Source of the DNA: a virus
Lineage: Duplodnaviria > Caudoviricetes
Direction: 5' to 3' (one strand)
IMG/VR virus record: IMGVR_UViG_3300020416_000059
Location: 1 to 26,620 of that record
Length of the DNA stretch: 26,620 nucleotides
Notes under the pieces: model-generated
Databases searched by the model: none
Seen by the model: the letters and a program-made list of their open reading frames with translations, nothing else
What the model was told of the DNA's origin: nothing
Shown: one piece after another, positions 24,000 through 26,620 of the stretch
How the letters are laid out: every line of letters starts with the position of its first letter
How positions within the stretch are numbered: position 1 is the stretch's first letter
Translations under genes and position numbers: made by a program

Positions 24000-24175
24000 C
24001 TCTTGGTAGTGTTACTACGAGTCCTATTAATGATTGAAATAAACTTGTCACCAGCGAAATGTCCAGCAAGACATACATCTATTTCATCACCATCTTTCCA
24101 ATTAACATCACCGTTCATTTTGGTATGTTGCATTGCTAATTGAATTTTGTCAATTACTTCTTGTGTTAATCTCAT
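23996..24175 (-). CDS. small hypothetical protein (59 aa, MRLTQEVIDKIQLAM...)
   Basis: translated by hand; AGGAG SD; ATGA coupling at both ends. Confidence 0.75.
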   Translation of the reverse strand: MRLTQEVIDKIQLAMQHTKMNGDVNWKDGDEIDVCLAGHFAGDKFISIINRTRSNTTKR

Positions 24176-24246
24176 TTTTTAAAAACTCCTAATTTAGATA
24201 GGAACCACATAGTAACTATTGTCCATCCTATAACATACCAAATCAT
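24172..24246 (-). CDS. 24-aa hydrophobic microprotein MIWYVIGWTIVTMWFLSKLGVFKK
   Basis: translated by hand; ATGA overlap at both ends; GGAG upstream. Confidence 0.55.
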   Translation of the reverse strand: MIWYVIGWTIVTMWFLSKLGVFKK

Positions 24247-24422
24247 TTAATATACTCCACTTGATAAGGGGGCATTTTTTTAATCTCAACCTCAACAGGA
24301 GATTGAAGAATTCTAATGAGTTTGTGATATGCTACTGCTGTGAATACTTGGGGCACTATGAATGCGATCATTGCGACCACCCAAAACATGTAGTAATAGT
24401 TTTCTTTGTTTTGTGTTCTCAT
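24243..24422 (-). CDS. single-TM protein (59 aa, MRTQNKENYYYMFW...)
   Basis: translated by hand; TAATG coupling. Confidence 0.7.
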   Translation of the reverse strand: MRTQNKENYYYMFWVVAMIAFIVPQVFTAVAYHKLIRILQSPVEVEIKKMPPYQVEYIK

Positions 24423-24616
24423 TAATAATATCTAGGTTGGTCTTGGATTACCTCTACTTCAATAGCATCGAAGATTCTATGTAGTGAACGAGCAAAAATT
24501 CTGTATCCTGCACCAACATATAATTGACCAAGAACTACAGATGTTGTTGCAACACCCCAGAAGATGTAATAAAATTTAGATTTCACTTGGTTACGTTGTT
24601 TCTCTTTAGTAATCAT
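24422..24616 (-). CDS. single-TM protein (64 aa)
   Basis: ORF track; ATGA coupling. Confidence 0.75.
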   Translation of the reverse strand: MITKEKQRNQVKSKFYYIFWGVATTSVVLGQLYVGAGYRIFARSLHRIFDAIEVEVIQDQPRYY

Positions 24617-24933
24617 TTGTCTTCATGTTTATGTTCAAGTTTACCAGCAATTTTATATGCGTCTGATTTACCACCATGACCATGTGCAATTCCTAGTTCA
24701 TGCATTTTAGCATGCTCGTCAATTTGATCTCTGAGTTCTTCTTTACCAGGACCAAATGTAAGATAGATTCCATATACTACTAGTGCTAGAACGAATAAAC
24801 CAAGAAACACCGCAAACGCAGCACCACCTGATAAATTGGCATGTGGAATGACGTATGCTTTACAAGTTTCTGGATCAAACTTTTGCCAAGTGCCAGGCAA
24901 AGTGTAGATTGGTGGGCAAGATAAGAAAATCAT
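24613..24933 (-). CDS. psbN: PsbN-like membrane protein with His-rich tail
   Basis: TM helix followed by YGIYLTFGPGKEELRDQIDEH, resembling the PsbN signature Y.IY.AFG.PS..LRDPFEEH. Confidence 0.7.
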   Translation of the reverse strand: MIFLSCPPIYTLPGTWQKFDPETCKAYVIPHANLSGGAAFAVFLGLFVLALVVYGIYLTFGPGKEELRDQIDEHAKMHELGIAHGHGGKSDAYKIAGKLEHKHEDK

Positions 24934-25484
24934 AAAAAATTAAAGTTTATGTTAAATCTACCAAAATCGGTAGTAGTTGTTGTTGATCTATGTGAATTTT
25001 GAGCATCAAAGACGACTAACCTATTTGCAACAGATTTTATACGTTTTTGTTTGAGATATGGCATATCATACTCAAATTCTGTGTAACCGTCACAAGTATT
25101 CATTGATAAAACTGCACCAACATTTTGCCAATCAAAATCGGTATGATAACTATGGTGCTTGATTTCTTGAGTCCACGGATAAAAATTTGCCTTGATTCTA
25201 ATTATTGATTTGTAATTGTATACTTTTTCTTTAATTAGAGGCAAAACCTTGTCTCGTATTTCATCATAAAATGGATGTCTTACTTCATCTTCTGAGTAAA
25301 TCATTGATATACCCATCCAATTCCATAGTGGCATCTCTTCTCCTTCTTCAGCGACGTTTGATTGTAGTTGATACAGAATTTGTCTATCATGCCAAGTTCC
25401 CATTACAACTTTAGAGATGTAATCGAAAGTTTCGTCATCAAGAAAGTTATCAAATACTTGGCGGTGAACTAGATGTTGTTCCAT
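24930..25484 (-). CDS. 2OG-Fe(II) oxygenase
   Basis: YHTD, NTCDGYTEF, SVANRLVVFD...H, RFNINF. Confidence 0.87.
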   Translation of the reverse strand: MEQHLVHRQVFDNFLDDETFDYISKVVMGTWHDRQILYQLQSNVAEEGEEMPLWNWMGISMIYSEDEVRHPFYDEIRDKVLPLIKEKVYNYKSIIRIKANFYPWTQEIKHHSYHTDFDWQNVGAVLSMNTCDGYTEFEYDMPYLKQKRIKSVANRLVVFDAQNSHRSTTTTTDFGRFNINFNFL

Positions 25485-25689
25485 CAGACAAAAATTGTTT
25501 TTGAAATTCTTCTACCTGAGTTTGTATTTCCTCTGATACATGAGGAATTTCATTTACAGGAACAAGCATAGCAGATTTGCCATCGTTACGAGTAATTTTC
25601 CAACAGACACGTTGTGATTCTGTTAGATCCATAATAAAATCAAAGTGATCTTCTGCCTGACGCAGTGTAACTCCAATAGGTCCAATCAT
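25450..25689 (-). CDS. Phd/YefM antitoxin-like protein
   Basis: VTLRQAEDHFDFIMD...WKITRNDGKSAMLVP fits the Phd N-terminal DNA-binding pattern. Confidence 0.6.
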   Translation of the reverse strand: MIGPIGVTLRQAEDHFDFIMDLTESQRVCWKITRNDGKSAMLVPVNEIPHVSEEIQTQVEEFQKQFLSDGTTSSSPPSI

Positions 25690-25886
25690 TCTTGTAACTC
25701 AGCAAAACAATACGTAATCATATCAGGATCAAGGATATCTTCAATGTCTCTGACAGTTTCAGAAAAACCATCAGAACCTTCTTTATCCCATTTCCAGTTT
25801 ACAGTCTTGTCATACCCCTCATCATCCACAATATTAATTGAGCGTTTTGAGAAGTTGACAAAAACGTGTGCTAGTTTAGATTCCAC
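25686..25886 (-). CDS. acidic hypothetical protein (66 aa, GTG start)
   Basis: ORF track; AAGGAG SD; promoter upstream. Confidence 0.8.
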   Translation of the reverse strand: MESKLAHVFVNFSKRSINIVDDEGYDKTVNWKWDKEGSDGFSETVRDIEDILDPDMITYCFAELQE

Positions 25887-25910
25887 GTGTGACTCCTTAC
25901 TACAATATCT

Positions 25911-25939
25911 AGTATAGCAGTCAGAGGGTGCTCTGTCAA
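25911..25939 (-). promoter_or_regulatory. sigma70-type promoter with extended -10
   Basis: TTGACA 25934-25939, 17 bp, TGc-TATACT 25911-25916; CAGAG/CTCTG hairpin in the spacer. Confidence 0.8.
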
Positions 25940-25942
25940 GAC

Positions 25943-26620
25943 TTAGTTGATGAAGACTGTCTTACCAAGGATCAAGACTGCCGCTTTTGCTTCGAGAAGC
26001 ATACCAGTACCACAGGTTATTGTACACGCAAGACTAGCGTTCATTATCAACGCACCTGCTACAGCATTAACATTGTACATTCCAGTAAGAACATTACAGT
26101 TATATCCTGTTGTACCACATGTTAGTGAGTATGGTCCAAGTGGGTTAGCAATAATATATCTAGGAACAGCATCAGCAGAAAGACCAGGTACCATAACTGT
26201 TTCAACAGAACCACCAACCATTCTACGAATACCTGTAATTGCTTTGGGAAGAGGTGAAGGTGGTGTATTGATCATCTCAATTAATGAAGGTGTAATAAGA
26301 TCAATAGAATTATCTCCACTAATAATAACTTCTCCTGCAGATAGTGCCATCTGACCACCGCTAGATTCAAACACACTGCTTGTAAATTTACTAGAAACCG
26401 ATCCTACATTAAACTCTGCACCTTGAACTTCAAACTTAGCACCAACAGTATTGATGTCAACATCAGATCCAAATTTGATTGTATGTTTTTGAACTTTTTC
26501 GTTTTTCTTCTCACCTTTTTTATTTACAACTTTAGGAGCACCCTCAGCATCAAAGAAGAAACCACCACCAACTTCAATATGACAATCACCTGTAATCTTT
26601 AAGAAATAATCACCATCGAC
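25943..26620 (-). CDS. C-terminal part of a gp5-like baseplate hub/spike protein (runs off the window)
   Basis: frame open from 26620 (VDGDYFLKITGDCHIEVGG...); 8-residue VxG repeats; ends ILGKTVFIN. Confidence 0.65.
   Translation of the reverse strand, partial: VDGDYFLKITGDCHIEVGGGFFFDAEGAPKVVNKKGEKKNEKVQKHTIKFGSDVDINTVGAKFEVQGAEFNVGSVSSKFTSSVFESSGGQMALSAGEVIISGDNSIDLITPSLIEMINTPPSPLPKAITGIRRMVGGSVETVMVPGLSADAVPRYIIANPLGPYSLTCGTTGYNCNVLTGMYNVNAVAGALIMNASLACTITCGTGMLLEAKAAVLILGKTVFIN

Noticed and set aside
404-26354. All plus-strand ORFs in the track
   Set aside because: They lie antisense to better minus-strand genes, lack recognisable motifs, and the promoters found point the other way

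Overview
AT-rich segment of a T4-like marine cyanomyovirus (Prochlorococcus/Synechococcus phage type). All credible genes are on the minus strand. In transcription order (right to left): C-terminus of a gp5-like baseplate hub protein; an accessory block (Phd/YefM-like protein, four 2OG-Fe(II) oxygenases, PsbN-like protein, membrane microproteins, tRNA-Leu(UAA)); six late virion/tail-fibre-like genes with T4 late promoters; then an ~11.6 kb early-type region cut into modules by 11 copies of a palindrome + sigma70-promoter cassette. That region holds a ParB/Srx-domain protein, a putative PD-(D/E)xK nuclease followed by two DNA methyltransferases, a ~250-nt structured non-coding element with its own promoter, an SF2 helicase and many small ORFs. 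Strongest unexplained signals: the structured RNA at 6254-6502, near-absence of RGCY across the window, and four perfect TTTTCCACA (DnaA-box) 9-mers at 241-901. All calls come from reading the sequence by eye; no database searches were run.
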